DNA from: an uncultured Bacilli bacterium
Lineage (GTDB): Bacteria; Bacillota_I; Bacilli_A; RF39; UBA660
Assembly (NCBI GenBank): GCA_934167825.1
Contig: CAKPLY010000002.1
Span: forward strand, 105,900 to 169,899
Direction of reading: 5' to 3'
DNA length: 64,000 bases
The notes under the pieces were generated by a model, which was given only the letters and a program-made list of their open reading frames with translations, did not search any database and was not told where the DNA came from. The position numbers and the translations under genes were made by a program. Position 1 is the first letter of the stretch. Each line of letters opens with the position of its first letter. This document shows, piece after piece, positions 1 through 9,729 of the stretch.

Positions 1-2
1 CA

Positions 3-1073
3 GAAATAGGTACTGAAAAGGTTATTAAAGACCACTCTACTATTGGTATTGTAGTTACTACTGATGGTACTATTGGAGATATTCCAAGAAGTGAATATGT
101 TGAGGCAGAAGAAACCGTTGTAAATGAACTTAAGAGTATCGGTAAACCTTATATTGTTATATTAAATAGTGTACATCCTAATTTACCAGAGACTGAAAAG
201 TTATGTGAAAAGTTAAAAGAAAGTTATGATGTACCCGTTATTCCTATTAATGTTGAAGCAATGCAGGAAAGGGATATGTATAATATTTTAAAGGAAGCAT
301 TATATGAATTTCCTGTTGTACAGGTTAAGGTTAATATGCCAGAATGGGTTGCTATATTAAATCCTGACCACTACTTAAAAATGCACTATATTGAAAAGAT
401 TAAGGAATGTGTTGTAGAGGTTAATAAGATTAAAGATGTAGATAATATTACTAGCCATTTTAGTGAGGATGAATATATATCTAGAGCATATTTATCTAAT
501 GTAGATACTGGTACTGGCGAGATTACAATTAATTTAGAGTCTCCTAGTGAATTATATAATAAAGTGCTTAATGAAATTATTGGGGTAGATATTACTTCGA
601 AAGCAAATTTACTTTCTATTTTCCAGGAATTTAATGTTGCAAAGCATGAATATGACCAAATTAAAGGGGCACTTAAAATGGTAAAACAAACAGGTTATGG
701 AATTGCTACTCCAACTTTGGAAGATATGAAACTTGAGACACCTGAGGTTATTAAACAAGGTAGTAGATATGGTGTTAAATTAAAAGCAAAAGCACCTTCA
801 ATACATATGATTAAGGTTGATGTAGAAAGTAGTTTTGAACCAATAATTGGTAGTGAACTTCAAAGTAAAGAACTAATTGAACACTTAACTAAAGACAATA
901 ATAATGATATTTGGAAGAGCGAAATTTTTGGAAGAAGTTTAGATGTTATTGTTCAAGAAGGTATACAAGCAAAACTATCTATGATGCCTGACACTGTTAG
1001 ATATAAATTAGAGCAAACATTAACTAAGGTTATAAATAAAGGTGCTAATAATATGATTGCTATTGTTTTATAA
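3..1073 (+). CDS. spoIVA: Stage IV sporulation protein A, C-terminal ~355 aa; 5' end is outside the window
   Basis: Frame 3 is open from base 3 (EIGTEKVIKDHSTIGIVVTTDGTIGDIPR...GKPYIVILNS...) and continuous with the listed 261..1073 ORF. The sequence recalls the SpoIVA ATPase family. Confidence 0.8.
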   Translation, partial: EIGTEKVIKDHSTIGIVVTTDGTIGDIPRSEYVEAEETVVNELKSIGKPYIVILNSVHPNLPETEKLCEKLKESYDVPVIPINVEAMQERDMYNILKEALYEFPVVQVKVNMPEWVAILNPDHYLKMHYIEKIKECVVEVNKIKDVDNITSHFSEDEYISRAYLSNVDTGTGEITINLESPSELYNKVLNEIIGVDITSKANLLSIFQEFNVAKHEYDQIKGALKMVKQTGYGIATPTLEDMKLETPEVIKQGSRYGVKLKAKAPSIHMIKVDVESSFEPIIGSELQSKELIEHLTKDNNNDIWKSEIFGRSLDVIVQEGIQAKLSMMPDTVRYKLEQTLTKVINKGANNMIAIVL

Positions 1074-1187
1074 GATTATATAAGTACTATAACAACACGT
1101 AAAAGTAGATTTATTCTATTTTTATTTGAATAATGTTGTAGTACTTTTTTTATTTATTTGTTATAATTGATTTGGTGATGGAATAGA

Positions 1188-2285
1188 ATGATTAAATATA
1201 AAAATTTATATGCACTAGAATTTTTTGATGATAAGATAGATAATAAAAATAATTTAAACAGTTATAATTTATGTAATAATTTTTTAAATGTTGAAGTTAG
1301 AATTATTACTTTTTGCACTTTTGATAAGAGGGGAGAGTTTTGTTTAAGAGATAAAATAAGAGTTAGAGCATCATATAACTATAAGGATTATACTAAATAT
1401 AATGTTAATGATGAAGTTATTATAAGAATTAACGATGATAATATGCTTGATTTAAGTAATACTAAAATTGGTGGTAATACTCTTATTATAGGTAAGGGTA
1501 TAATAGATAAGATAAATAATGATATTATAGATATTAAACCCACTGGAGTATATGTACATAATTCTTCATATAAATATTTTAATGAAAAAGGTATAAATAT
1601 TAAAGATTATTTTACAAGTTATAATGATTTATATAGATTATTTGATGTTAATAGTAATGATAGCGTTAATATAGATAGATATAATAAATATACTAACTAT
1701 TATGATGGTATATTTAGTATTAGTTATAATTATTGGTATCTTACTTTAGAAAATTATGATTTAAACATGAAGAAAGAAAATGAATTTTATAATAGTTCTA
1801 ATAAGTTATCTGCAGTTTTGGCATCTAGTTCTTTTATAAATAAGATAAATAGTTTATTAAAAAAGAATAAGATATCTTCATGTAATGCATATATAAGATA
1901 TAAAAATACTGAGTTTGATATGTTAATTGTAGATAAAAATACTGAGGATAGTGTTATATATGAAGATAAGGTAGTTAAGGGGATTATTGAACTTAAGACT
2001 GCTGGATTATTTTTTAATAGCAAAGATAGAGAAGTTTTGTTAAATTCTTTTATCAAAAGATATGTTAAATATAATAAAAATTTTTTATACATATCATTAC
2101 ATGAAAGATATTATCCAAATGACACAAATAGGGTTAATTTTTATAAAGAATATATTGATTGTGAAAAGAAATATACTGATGCTTATTCTCTATTTATTAC
2201 TTTATCTAATTCTTCGAATAAATTTATTATACCTAGAAAGTATATTAGTATTTTAGATGTAGTTGACTTGATTGATAGTTTTTAA
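1188..2285 (+). CDS. Hypothetical protein, N/K/Y-rich; C-terminal half has a possible PD-(D/E)xK-like motif (FDMLIVD...GIIELKT)
   Basis: 365-aa ORF with no long competing ORF. The motif reading is tentative. Confidence 0.45.
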   Translation: MIKYKNLYALEFFDDKIDNKNNLNSYNLCNNFLNVEVRIITFCTFDKRGEFCLRDKIRVRASYNYKDYTKYNVNDEVIIRINDDNMLDLSNTKIGGNTLIIGKGIIDKINNDIIDIKPTGVYVHNSSYKYFNEKGINIKDYFTSYNDLYRLFDVNSNDSVNIDRYNKYTNYYDGIFSISYNYWYLTLENYDLNMKKENEFYNSSNKLSAVLASSSFINKINSLLKKNKISSCNAYIRYKNTEFDMLIVDKNTEDSVIYEDKVVKGIIELKTAGLFFNSKDREVLLNSFIKRYVKYNKNFLYISLHERYYPNDTNRVNFYKEYIDCEKKYTDAYSLFITLSNSSNKFIIPRKYISILDVVDLIDSF

Positions 2286-2443
2286 ACAATTCTTAATTAC
2301 ATATATGTTAATTATAATAAATTAATTTGGAAAAATACTTTAAAACTCTTGATTTTATTGTAATTTCATGATATCTTTAATATGTAAGTATAGATAAGAT
2401 ACTTACAATAAATTATTTAGATATTAGATGGAGGTAATAAGAA

Positions 2444-2716
2444 ATGACAAAAGCTGAATTAGTACAATTTATAGCAGAAAATGCTGATTTAACAAAAGCT
2501 GATGCTACTAGAGCATTAGACGCAGTAGTGGAAGGAATCACTAACGGTCTTAAAAAAGAAGGAAAAGTTACATTAGTTGGATTTGGTACTTTCACTGCTA
2601 AAAAGAGAGAGGCAAGAGAGGGAAGAAATCCTCAAACTGGAGAAACTGTTAAAATTGCTGCTCGTGTAGTTCCTGGATTTAAAGCTGGAAACAAATTAAA
2701 AGACGCATTAAACTAA
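2444..2716 (+). CDS. hup: DNA-binding protein HU
   Basis: 90 aa, MTKAELV...FGTF...REGRNPQTGE...PGFKAG, typical HU/IHF fold sequence. RBS GGAGG lies upstream. Confidence 0.95.
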   Translation: MTKAELVQFIAENADLTKADATRALDAVVEGITNGLKKEGKVTLVGFGTFTAKKREAREGRNPQTGETVKIAARVVPGFKAGNKLKDALN

Positions 2717-2720
2717 TAAG

Positions 2721-2750
2721 AAAACACTTCATAACGAAGTGTTTTTATTT
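2721..2750. terminator. Bidirectional rho-independent terminator between hup and the convergent ORF
   Basis: aaaacacttc-ataac-gaagtgtttt: 10-bp stem, A-run on one side and T-run on the other. Confidence 0.75.
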
Positions 2751-3380
2751 TACTCTTTTTAATACTTTACCATTTTTACCTATTGCATAGTAATAACTTC
2801 CGTTTTTAGTAGCGTACGCTTCAGTGATATCACAATGTATTTTATCTTTTATTTCAAGTAACATATTTATTTTTGATTCAATATCTTTGTCGCTTGTACT
2901 TCCATATACTCCTAAAACTACTGAGTTTGGTAGGTAATTATATAATTCATCCCAGTTTCTTATGTCTTTTTTAGAATATGGATTTTGAGTAACATATGTT
3001 AATGCAGTAATGCTTGTTAAATCTATTGGATGTGATGTTGGCGTAAATAGTACTAATGGTCTATCTCCTTGTACTATAAGTCTTCCTTTGATTAATAGAT
3101 TGTGGCATTCTTCTTTATCTAAATATGGGGTAATTCTAGACATTCTATTGTTAGTTGTTATACTATCATATTTACCTTTTCCTATTTCTACTGTACTAGG
3201 TTCATTTGCTAGTTGTATATCAAATGCAGATAAAAAAGCTATGTAATTGTTACTTATTAGTTTTCTTTCGTTTATCCATTCAGTAAATTCTTGTATAAAT
3301 AGTTCACTTTTTATGTCTGGATTCTTGATATTTTTTGATGTAATAAATTCTTTGATTAATAAAACTATATATTGTTCCAT
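2745..3380 (-). CDS. Hypothetical protein (211 aa), downstream of the XRE/S24 repressor on the same strand
   Basis: Long ORF with RBS GGAGG (rc of cctcc at ~3386). No family recognised. Confidence 0.5.
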   Translation of the reverse strand: MEQYIVLLIKEFITSKNIKNPDIKSELFIQEFTEWINERKLISNNYIAFLSAFDIQLANEPSTVEIGKGKYDSITTNNRMSRITPYLDKEECHNLLIKGRLIVQGDRPLVLFTPTSHPIDLTSITALTYVTQNPYSKKDIRNWDELYNYLPNSVVLGVYGSTSDKDIESKINMLLEIKDKIHCDITEAYATKNGSYYYAIGKNGKVLKRVK

Positions 3381-3495
3381 AATTACCTCCCTTTCAACGA
3401 TTTAATATTTTAGCATATCTTATATTATTTGTAAAGAGATTTTTATGGCTATTTTGTATTAAAAAAATATAGATAGATAATTGTTCTCTATATTT

Positions 3496-4161
3496 TTATT
3501 TTATTTCTCTATATACTGCAGTTACTTTTCCTAGTATCATTTCATTTGAAATTATATTTACGTTTATTGTTTGATATTTAGGATTTAATGCTTGTAGGAT
3601 TAATCCTTTGGGATAGCGATATAATCTACGTACTGATAAGATACCACTTTTTATGGCAATTACTATATCATCACCATTGTTATATTCTTTTTCTTTTTTA
3701 AAGTATATTTTATCTCCCTTAGTGTATACTGGTGACATTGAATCATCAAGTAGTTTTATTGATAATTCACTAGTAGTATTTACTGGTTCGTAAGTGGCGT
3801 TTTTATATGAATTAATAATCTTTTCACTTTGTGAAGTTAAGTTTTTGTCGTTTCTTAAGTTAGATATATATTCTTTGATAAATTTTTTCTCAAACATATC
3901 TTTTTCTTTTTTACTCATGGGAATTTCTTCGAATAATTCAGGTGATACATTAAAAATTCTACAAATTTCAAAAAAGATATCATATGGTATGTTTAAGCTT
4001 CCTGTTTCATATTTATGTAATGTTTGTCTGTTTTTTGTATGATTTAAGGCTTTTGATAAGTCTTCGAATGAATAATTATACTTTTGTCTAGATTCTTTTA
4101 ATATTTGACAGACAAAGGGTTTTAATTCTTCACTTACTAAATCCTGTTTTGTTGTTCTCAT
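3496..4161 (-). CDS. XRE-family HTH repressor fused to an S24 (LexA/CI-like) peptidase domain
   Basis: N-terminal HTH (SFEDLSKALNHTKNRQTLHKYETG). C-terminal LDDSMSP...GDDIVIA...GKV resembles the S24 Ser/Lys self-cleavage domain. Confidence 0.7.
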   Translation of the reverse strand: MRTTKQDLVSEELKPFVCQILKESRQKYNYSFEDLSKALNHTKNRQTLHKYETGSLNIPYDIFFEICRIFNVSPELFEEIPMSKKEKDMFEKKFIKEYISNLRNDKNLTSQSEKIINSYKNATYEPVNTTSELSIKLLDDSMSPVYTKGDKIYFKKEKEYNNGDDIVIAIKSGILSVRRLYRYPKGLILQALNPKYQTINVNIISNEMILGKVTAVYREIK

Positions 4162-4176
4162 AATTTACTTCCTTTC

Positions 4177-4836
4177 TTAATCTATTTCATTAACACTGTA
4201 GATTAGTGATGTTCCTAAAAGTGATATTATTAATTTTAGTATGTATCTTATTACTATTAATTCTATTAAGTTAATAAATGGAATTTTAAATAGATAAGAT
4301 ATTAAACAGAATATTGTTGAGTCTATTAATTCTAATATTATTGATGTTAAGGTATTTGATAACCATATTTTATTTTTTATTATTCTAATATTATGATATA
4401 CTACTGATGTTAAATATGCACTTAGTATTAATGACGCTACTGCTGATAGGTATGTTCTACTATTTAAATTAAATACTTCATTATAACTTACACTTAGTTT
4501 TTTATTAATATTACTTACTTGTAATAGAGAGGATGTTTCAAGCAATATATATGTTATTATACTGGTAAATGTAATTAATAACAAGATGTTTTTTATTTCT
4601 TCGGGTCCTTTTTTTTGTATTAATATTTTGGTAATTAATATAATTATTGAACTTATTATGAAAGAATAGTTTATATTCAAGTTAAATATCATTATTTCTT
4701 TATTAGAGAATATGCCTACTAATAAAGTTAGTATTATTAATAACATGTATAGTCCTTCATATTTGTTTTTCTTATATGAATAATAGATTACTAGAAATAG
4801 TATAATTAACTCTATAAATAATAAAAGTATGTTCAT
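4177..4836 (-). CDS. Polytopic membrane protein, paralogue of the upstream gene (shared ...DS(T/V)IF(C/N)L(I/F)(S/A)YLFK... motif)
   Basis: 219 aa, about 6 hydrophobic segments. Start overlaps the upstream stop (ATGA). Possible VUT/DUF165-type transporter, unverified. Confidence 0.55.
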   Translation of the reverse strand: MNILLLFIELIILFLVIYYSYKKNKYEGLYMLLIILTLLVGIFSNKEIMIFNLNINYSFIISSIIILITKILIQKKGPEEIKNILLLITFTSIITYILLETSSLLQVSNINKKLSVSYNEVFNLNSRTYLSAVASLILSAYLTSVVYHNIRIIKNKIWLSNTLTSIILELIDSTIFCLISYLFKIPFINLIELIVIRYILKLIISLLGTSLIYSVNEID

Positions 4837-5507
4837 ATTTTCACCTTCTTATTATCTATTTGTTTTGATATGATGTATGAATATATTGTTGTTAGTAAAA
4901 TCTTTATTAAATAATTTGATAATATTAGTAGTATTATATTTGATAATTTAATTTTAAATAGGTATGCAAATAGATTAAATATTACAGAATCTACCATTAA
5001 TATTGTAAGAGATGAAATAATAATATTATTTTGTATATTTAATTTAAGTTCTTTAATACTATTATATACTAGGTATGTAAGTAGTTGTAAGATAGCTAAA
5101 AGAATAGGGTATATTAATAGTATTTTATAGTTATCTATTATCATATATTTTATATTTATAGATACTACATCTGTTACTACAGGGATATATAAAGAACCAA
5201 ATAACAGTAATACTCCTACTAATAAGTTGTATTTAAAGATGTTTTTTACTATTTTTATAAATTCTTCTTTTGTAGTTTTTTCTATTATTAGATATGTTAA
5301 TGTTAGAAATAATGTTTCTATTACTATGTTTGCACTTAAGTTTATAGATGCTAGTTTTATTATTTTAAAAGACATTAAATATCCTAAAATACTATATATT
5401 AAATATATATATCTATAATTTTTTTTGTCTAACATATAAAGTGAGATATACATAAAGAATATACTTAACACTATTAATAATATAAATATTAATAAGTTCA
5501 TGTTCAC
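4833..5507 (-). CDS. Polytopic membrane protein, paralogue of 4177..4836
   Basis: 224 aa, multiple TM segments, RBS GAAGGTG upstream. Confidence 0.55.
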   Translation of the reverse strand: MNMNLLIFILLIVLSIFFMYISLYMLDKKNYRYIYLIYSILGYLMSFKIIKLASINLSANIVIETLFLTLTYLIIEKTTKEEFIKIVKNIFKYNLLVGVLLLFGSLYIPVVTDVVSINIKYMIIDNYKILLIYPILLAILQLLTYLVYNSIKELKLNIQNNIIISSLTILMVDSVIFNLFAYLFKIKLSNIILLILSNYLIKILLTTIYSYIISKQIDNKKVKI

Positions 5508-5708
5508 ACCTTCTTACTCTTAAATATATTGTATCAAATTTCTTGGGAAAAGTCTATTGATGTGGGGAAAAAATATAATAAAATTAGTAATTTTTGATTG
5601 TTTTTTTATTTAGGTATATAGGCATAATAAATATCTACCATTTTGTCTGGTAGATTATTTAATTATTTTATTATAAATGTTATATTTGAATAAAAGTATA
5701 AATATATT

Positions 5709-5948
5709 TTAATTAATATCATCAAATAATTGTCTTATATCTATTTCAAGTGCATCTGCAAATTTACCAATTGTTTCTAATAGTGGTGTTTTATCTATTG
5801 ATAAGCATTCTAAATCTCTTACGTACCCATGTGTAAGTCCTGTTAAATCTGCTAATTCTTGTAGTGTATATTTTCTCATTAAACGATATTTTCTTATATT
5901 TTTTCTAACCATAATTGATAATTGTTCTTTTGAGTATCTACTATTCAA
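5709..5948 (-). CDS. XRE-family HTH transcriptional regulator
   Basis: 79 aa, YTLQELADLTGLTHGYVRDLE is a typical Cro/CI HTH. Divergent from 6051..6674. Confidence 0.75.
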   Translation of the reverse strand: MNSRYSKEQLSIMVRKNIRKYRLMRKYTLQELADLTGLTHGYVRDLECLSIDKTPLLETIGKFADALEIDIRQLFDDIN

Positions 5949-6050
5949 AGTGTATCACTCACTTTCTTTTTAAATTATTTCACAAAATATAAAAAAAATA
6001 TGTCGCCTGTGTGAAGTTTTTATGATATAATTATAATTGGAAGGAGGCAA

Positions 6051-6674
6051 ATGCTTATGAAAACTAAGAAATGTAAACATTGTAACGAAGAAATTGCTAA
6101 AAATGCTAAAATATGTCCTAAGTGTGGAGGTAAACTTGGAATGCCTACTTGGGTAAAGATTTTAATAATTGTTGCTATTATATTCTTTTGTGTAGTTGGA
6201 TGTGTTAATGGTTGTTCAAATGCTGTTAATGATGCTGTTGATAGTACAAAAAATTCATATAAGGATATAAATGGTAAAACTTCTTTTAACGTGAATGAAT
6301 CATTCCAAAATTCATATGAAAAAATTACAATGACAGAAGTAAATACAGATTTTCGTGATTATAGTGAATTTTTAAGTCCTGCGGATGGTAAGAAGGTTGT
6401 TATGTTAAAGTTTGAAGTAGAAAACGTTAATAATGATAATGATGAACTTTATGTAAGTAGTTTAAACTTTAATGCATATGCTGATGGTATTGCTGTAGAA
6501 TCTTTCTATTGTGGTAATGATAATTATAATGATTTATCTGCGACTATTGGAAAAGGAAAAAAGGCAATTGGTTATATTTTCTATGAAGTACCTGTTAATG
6601 CACAAAAAATTACAGTTGAATATAATGCTAATTTTTGGTCAGATGGAACAAATATTGAGTTTATAGTTAAATAA
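6051..6674 (+). CDS. Zinc-ribbon / single-TM protein with extracellular DUF4352-like beta domain
   Basis: CKHC...CPKC zinc ribbon, one TM segment, then KVVMLKFEVENVNN...GYIFYEVP, a pattern typical of DUF4352. Confidence 0.55.
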   Translation: MLMKTKKCKHCNEEIAKNAKICPKCGGKLGMPTWVKILIIVAIIFFCVVGCVNGCSNAVNDAVDSTKNSYKDINGKTSFNVNESFQNSYEKITMTEVNTDFRDYSEFLSPADGKKVVMLKFEVENVNNDNDELYVSSLNFNAYADGIAVESFYCGNDNYNDLSATIGKGKKAIGYIFYEVPVNAQKITVEYNANFWSDGTNIEFIVK

Positions 6675-6771
6675 TACATATCTAAAGTAAGGAAATTTAA
6701 TTTTCCTTTTTATTTTTTTGTTATTTATTCTATGTTTATGATATAATATATTATCAAGGAAGTGAATTATT

Positions 6772-7257
6772 ATGGGAAATAGGGAAGATTTAGTTGTTAA
6801 ATATGCAATATTGGGATTAAAAGATGGTATAGACAAAGATATATGTGGTTATGTTATATCTAAGTGTTATGTTATGGAAGAAGATACTATTTTTAATAAT
6901 GGTATAGATAAGATTTACAGTGTATTTTTTCCGTATGTAGATTTTTCTTATGAAAGAAGAAGTTTAGAGGAAGATTACTATGATATTAATAGTCCACTTC
7001 ATGTTGTTAGTAAATTATTTGATAGTTATGATGATGCTGTTATTGAAAAGAAATTAAATAATGCTTTATTAAAGAACAAGATATTACTTAACAATTATTT
7101 TAATGGAGATAGTGATGAATTAGATATTAATAATATTGTTTATAATAATTTTAAGAAATGTGATTCTTATGAAAAATATATATTAGATAATACTAAAGAT
7201 ATGAGAGTATCTTATAATAATAAATCTTTATATTTAAAGAAAAAAAGCACTAACTAA
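6772..7257 (+). CDS. Hypothetical protein (161 aa)
   Basis: ORF with RBS AAGGAAG upstream. No family recognised. Confidence 0.4.
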   Translation: MGNREDLVVKYAILGLKDGIDKDICGYVISKCYVMEEDTIFNNGIDKIYSVFFPYVDFSYERRSLEEDYYDINSPLHVVSKLFDSYDDAVIEKKLNNALLKNKILLNNYFNGDSDELDINNIVYNNFKKCDSYEKYILDNTKDMRVSYNNKSLYLKKKSTN

Positions 7258-8321
7258 TGTTGTTGATGCTTTTTATTTATTAACATATCATAGAATGCTT
7301 CAAGTCTTGTATCTAGTCCTGTTTCGTTATACTCTTCATCAAAACTAAAATATATTATTGGTATTTCTTCGTCATTAGATATTTTATTCATAATAGAAAT
7401 TGCATTTATTTCTGGAGTGCAACCAAAACTTTTTATATGAACTATACCGTCATATTTTTCTTTAGAAAGTTTTTTTGTTAGATAAACACTTTCTGTACCA
7501 TCTGCCCCTAAATGATATTTTATATATTTTTTGCATTTTCTAATATGATTATGTAATGTAAACTTCTTAGTTAATAAAAGATATGTAAGACAAGTTTTTC
7601 TATATACTGATATTTTTTTGTCTATTAATTTTTGTTCTATAAAACTACTACTATAAGGTTCCATTAGAGAGAATAATTCTCCAATTAAACCTACTTTTAG
7701 ATAGTTTTTAGGTTTTTCTATATCAATATTTTTTAGTGTTTTATAATATTTAATGTTTATTTTTAAGATTTTATATGTGTTTAAGGGGGTTAATAACTCT
7801 TTAAGATATGTAGCATGTATTTTTTTAAATGTGCCTTTTTCTTTTTCAAATGCCATATTTAAACGAAGGTAATTTTCAAATTTATCTAATAATAAAATCA
7901 TTAGAAAGGCATTAAATAAGTAGTATATAAAATTTAGATAATTTATTTTATTGTTATATTTTTTTGCAAATTTATATACTTTTTTTAAAGATAAGTGATT
8001 ATTATTCATTAAATTTACAAATTCAAACTCATATCCTTGATCTTTTAAGATTTGTTCTTGAAGTGGAGCATAATAACCATATCTACATCCTCCCCCTGAT
8101 TGTACTAATATATTTGCACCATTATTTAGTGATTCAATGAAATTACCTAGATTATATTTAAATGGTGAACAAACATAAGTAGGTGAATATTTACTACCAA
8201 GATTTATAGTTTCTTTAGTTATTTTTTTAGGTATTAGAACTTCTTGTTTAGTTAATTTTTTTAGTAAATAGTTAAATACTACATAATATGAGCCTATATG
8301 TGGAAATGATATTTTATTCAT
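7254..8321 (-). CDS. 2-hydroxyacyl-CoA dehydratase-related / DUF2229-like protein
   Basis: Motifs CSPFKYNLG, GGGCRYGYY and KSFGCTPE recall the BcrAD_BadFG-associated dehydratase D-component family. Overlaps the upstream paralogue by 8 nt. Confidence 0.5.
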   Translation of the reverse strand: MNKISFPHIGSYYVVFNYLLKKLTKQEVLIPKKITKETINLGSKYSPTYVCSPFKYNLGNFIESLNNGANILVQSGGGCRYGYYAPLQEQILKDQGYEFEFVNLMNNNHLSLKKVYKFAKKYNNKINYLNFIYYLFNAFLMILLLDKFENYLRLNMAFEKEKGTFKKIHATYLKELLTPLNTYKILKINIKYYKTLKNIDIEKPKNYLKVGLIGELFSLMEPYSSSFIEQKLIDKKISVYRKTCLTYLLLTKKFTLHNHIRKCKKYIKYHLGADGTESVYLTKKLSKEKYDGIVHIKSFGCTPEINAISIMNKISNDEEIPIIYFSFDEEYNETGLDTRLEAFYDMLINKKHQQH

Positions 8322-9228
8322 TGCTTTTCCTTTCTTTTAGCATATCTATAAAACTTTCTAATCTTGTTTCTATTCCTATCATTGAATTATTATTATCTAT
8401 TATTAGATTTAGATTTGGTTTATTTATCTTTCTTATTGCGAGTTCATTTACTAAACTATCTATTCCACATGGAAAGGATGATATAAATATTATACCGTCA
8501 TATATTTCTTTGTAGTAATTTACTGCTCCTAATAATTCTTTTTGATATAGAAAATATAATTCTTTAGATAAATCATTAGCGTATTCTAGACTTATTTTAT
8601 GTAGTAATTTATCTGCGTATATTAACTCAATGTCATTATCATATAGATATTTTATTATGTCGTTAGATAAATATTTATCATATAGTATGTATGGATGAGA
8701 TACTAGTAATATTTTAATTTTATTACTGTTAATTTTTTTTAGTTCTTTAGTGTGATTTATATAGTTATTTTGTTTATCTTTCTTTTTTGCAAGTATGTAA
8801 CTATATATTATTTTAAAGATATTTTTTGTTAGTTTTAAACCCATTTTTAAAAATCCAAAGAATTCATATTTAAATTTGGTTACATCAATGTTATAGTCAA
8901 GTATATTTATATCAAATAAGTTTTTTACTATGTCATATGTTCCATTAAATTTTACACATACTTTTTTACCTTTACCATAGTTATCTATTCTTGGTATTAA
9001 GATATAGTCACATTTATCTACTAGAGATGCTACATGCCCAAGATATATTTTAGATGCTAGGCAAGATTCATCTACTGAATATGATTCTCCAAGGGACACT
9101 ATATATGAAGTGGTTTCTTTACTTAGTATGATGTGACAATTTAGGTTTTCAAAAAATGTTTTCCATAATATGTAATATCTATAATATAAGAATGCTCGTG
9201 GTATACCTATTTTAATTTTCTTTGACAT
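8314..9228 (-). CDS. 2-hydroxyacyl-CoA dehydratase-related / DUF2229-like protein (partner of 7254..8321)
   Basis: IGIPRAFLYY..., DESCLASK and SSFPCGIDS motifs, same family flavour. Confidence 0.5.
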   Translation of the reverse strand: MSKKIKIGIPRAFLYYRYYILWKTFFENLNCHIILSKETTSYIVSLGESYSVDESCLASKIYLGHVASLVDKCDYILIPRIDNYGKGKKVCVKFNGTYDIVKNLFDINILDYNIDVTKFKYEFFGFLKMGLKLTKNIFKIIYSYILAKKKDKQNNYINHTKELKKINSNKIKILLVSHPYILYDKYLSNDIIKYLYDNDIELIYADKLLHKISLEYANDLSKELYFLYQKELLGAVNYYKEIYDGIIFISSFPCGIDSLVNELAIRKINKPNLNLIIDNNNSMIGIETRLESFIDMLKERKSNE

Positions 9229-9275
9229 TAATTATTCACCCGTTTAAAGTATATGTAATGTTTTAAAAAAAAGAA

Positions 9276-9719
9276 CTATTCTTCATCTAGTTCTTCTTCA
9301 TCTACAATTGTTAAATCTGATAAATCATCATCTTCATAGTCATCATCTAAATCGTCTAAATCATCTGGTTCTGCATCTCTTTCTTCTTCATTTTCTATTT
9401 CTTCTAGAGACTCATATTCATCAATTTCATCATCTTTTTCTTCATAGATATCATCCATATCTATTTTTACCTTATGATTTTGTTTTAAATCCCAGTTTCC
9501 ATCACTAAGCAAGATAAAATCTTTTGATGTTGTTAGAGATTCAAAAAAATCTGCAATTTTATCTTGATATTCTGCTTCGCTTAATCCTAGTAAGTTACAT
9601 ACTTCTCTAAATAAGTCTGCAGTATTTTTAGTTGTCTTATTTTCTTCTAAATATAATTTTGCTATTTTTGTATAAGACATTAATTCTAATTCTTCTTTTG
9701 TCATTTTACTTAATTTCAT
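9276..9719 (-). CDS. rpoE: RNA polymerase delta subunit
   Basis: N-terminal HARE-HTH-like domain (YTKIAKLYLEE...FFESLTTSKDFILLSDGNWDLK) followed by a long D/E-rich acidic tail, as in Firmicute RpoE. Confidence 0.8.
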   Translation of the reverse strand: MKLSKMTKEELELMSYTKIAKLYLEENKTTKNTADLFREVCNLLGLSEAEYQDKIADFFESLTTSKDFILLSDGNWDLKQNHKVKIDMDDIYEEKDDEIDEYESLEEIENEEERDAEPDDLDDLDDDYEDDDLSDLTIVDEEELDEE

Positions 9720-9729
9720 AATTTTCCTC

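Noticed and set aside
5508-5600. Possible preQ1 riboswitch ahead of the tandem membrane-protein genes, if they are VUT/YhhQ-type transporters
   Set aside because: The reverse-complement leader lacks the conserved preQ1-I core (…CCCUC…AAAAAACUA…). The transporter family assignment itself is unverified.
3496-7257. XRE/S24 repressor region considered as a prophage
   Set aside because: No integrase, terminase or structural genes or att-like repeats are visible. It is treated only as an accessory cluster.
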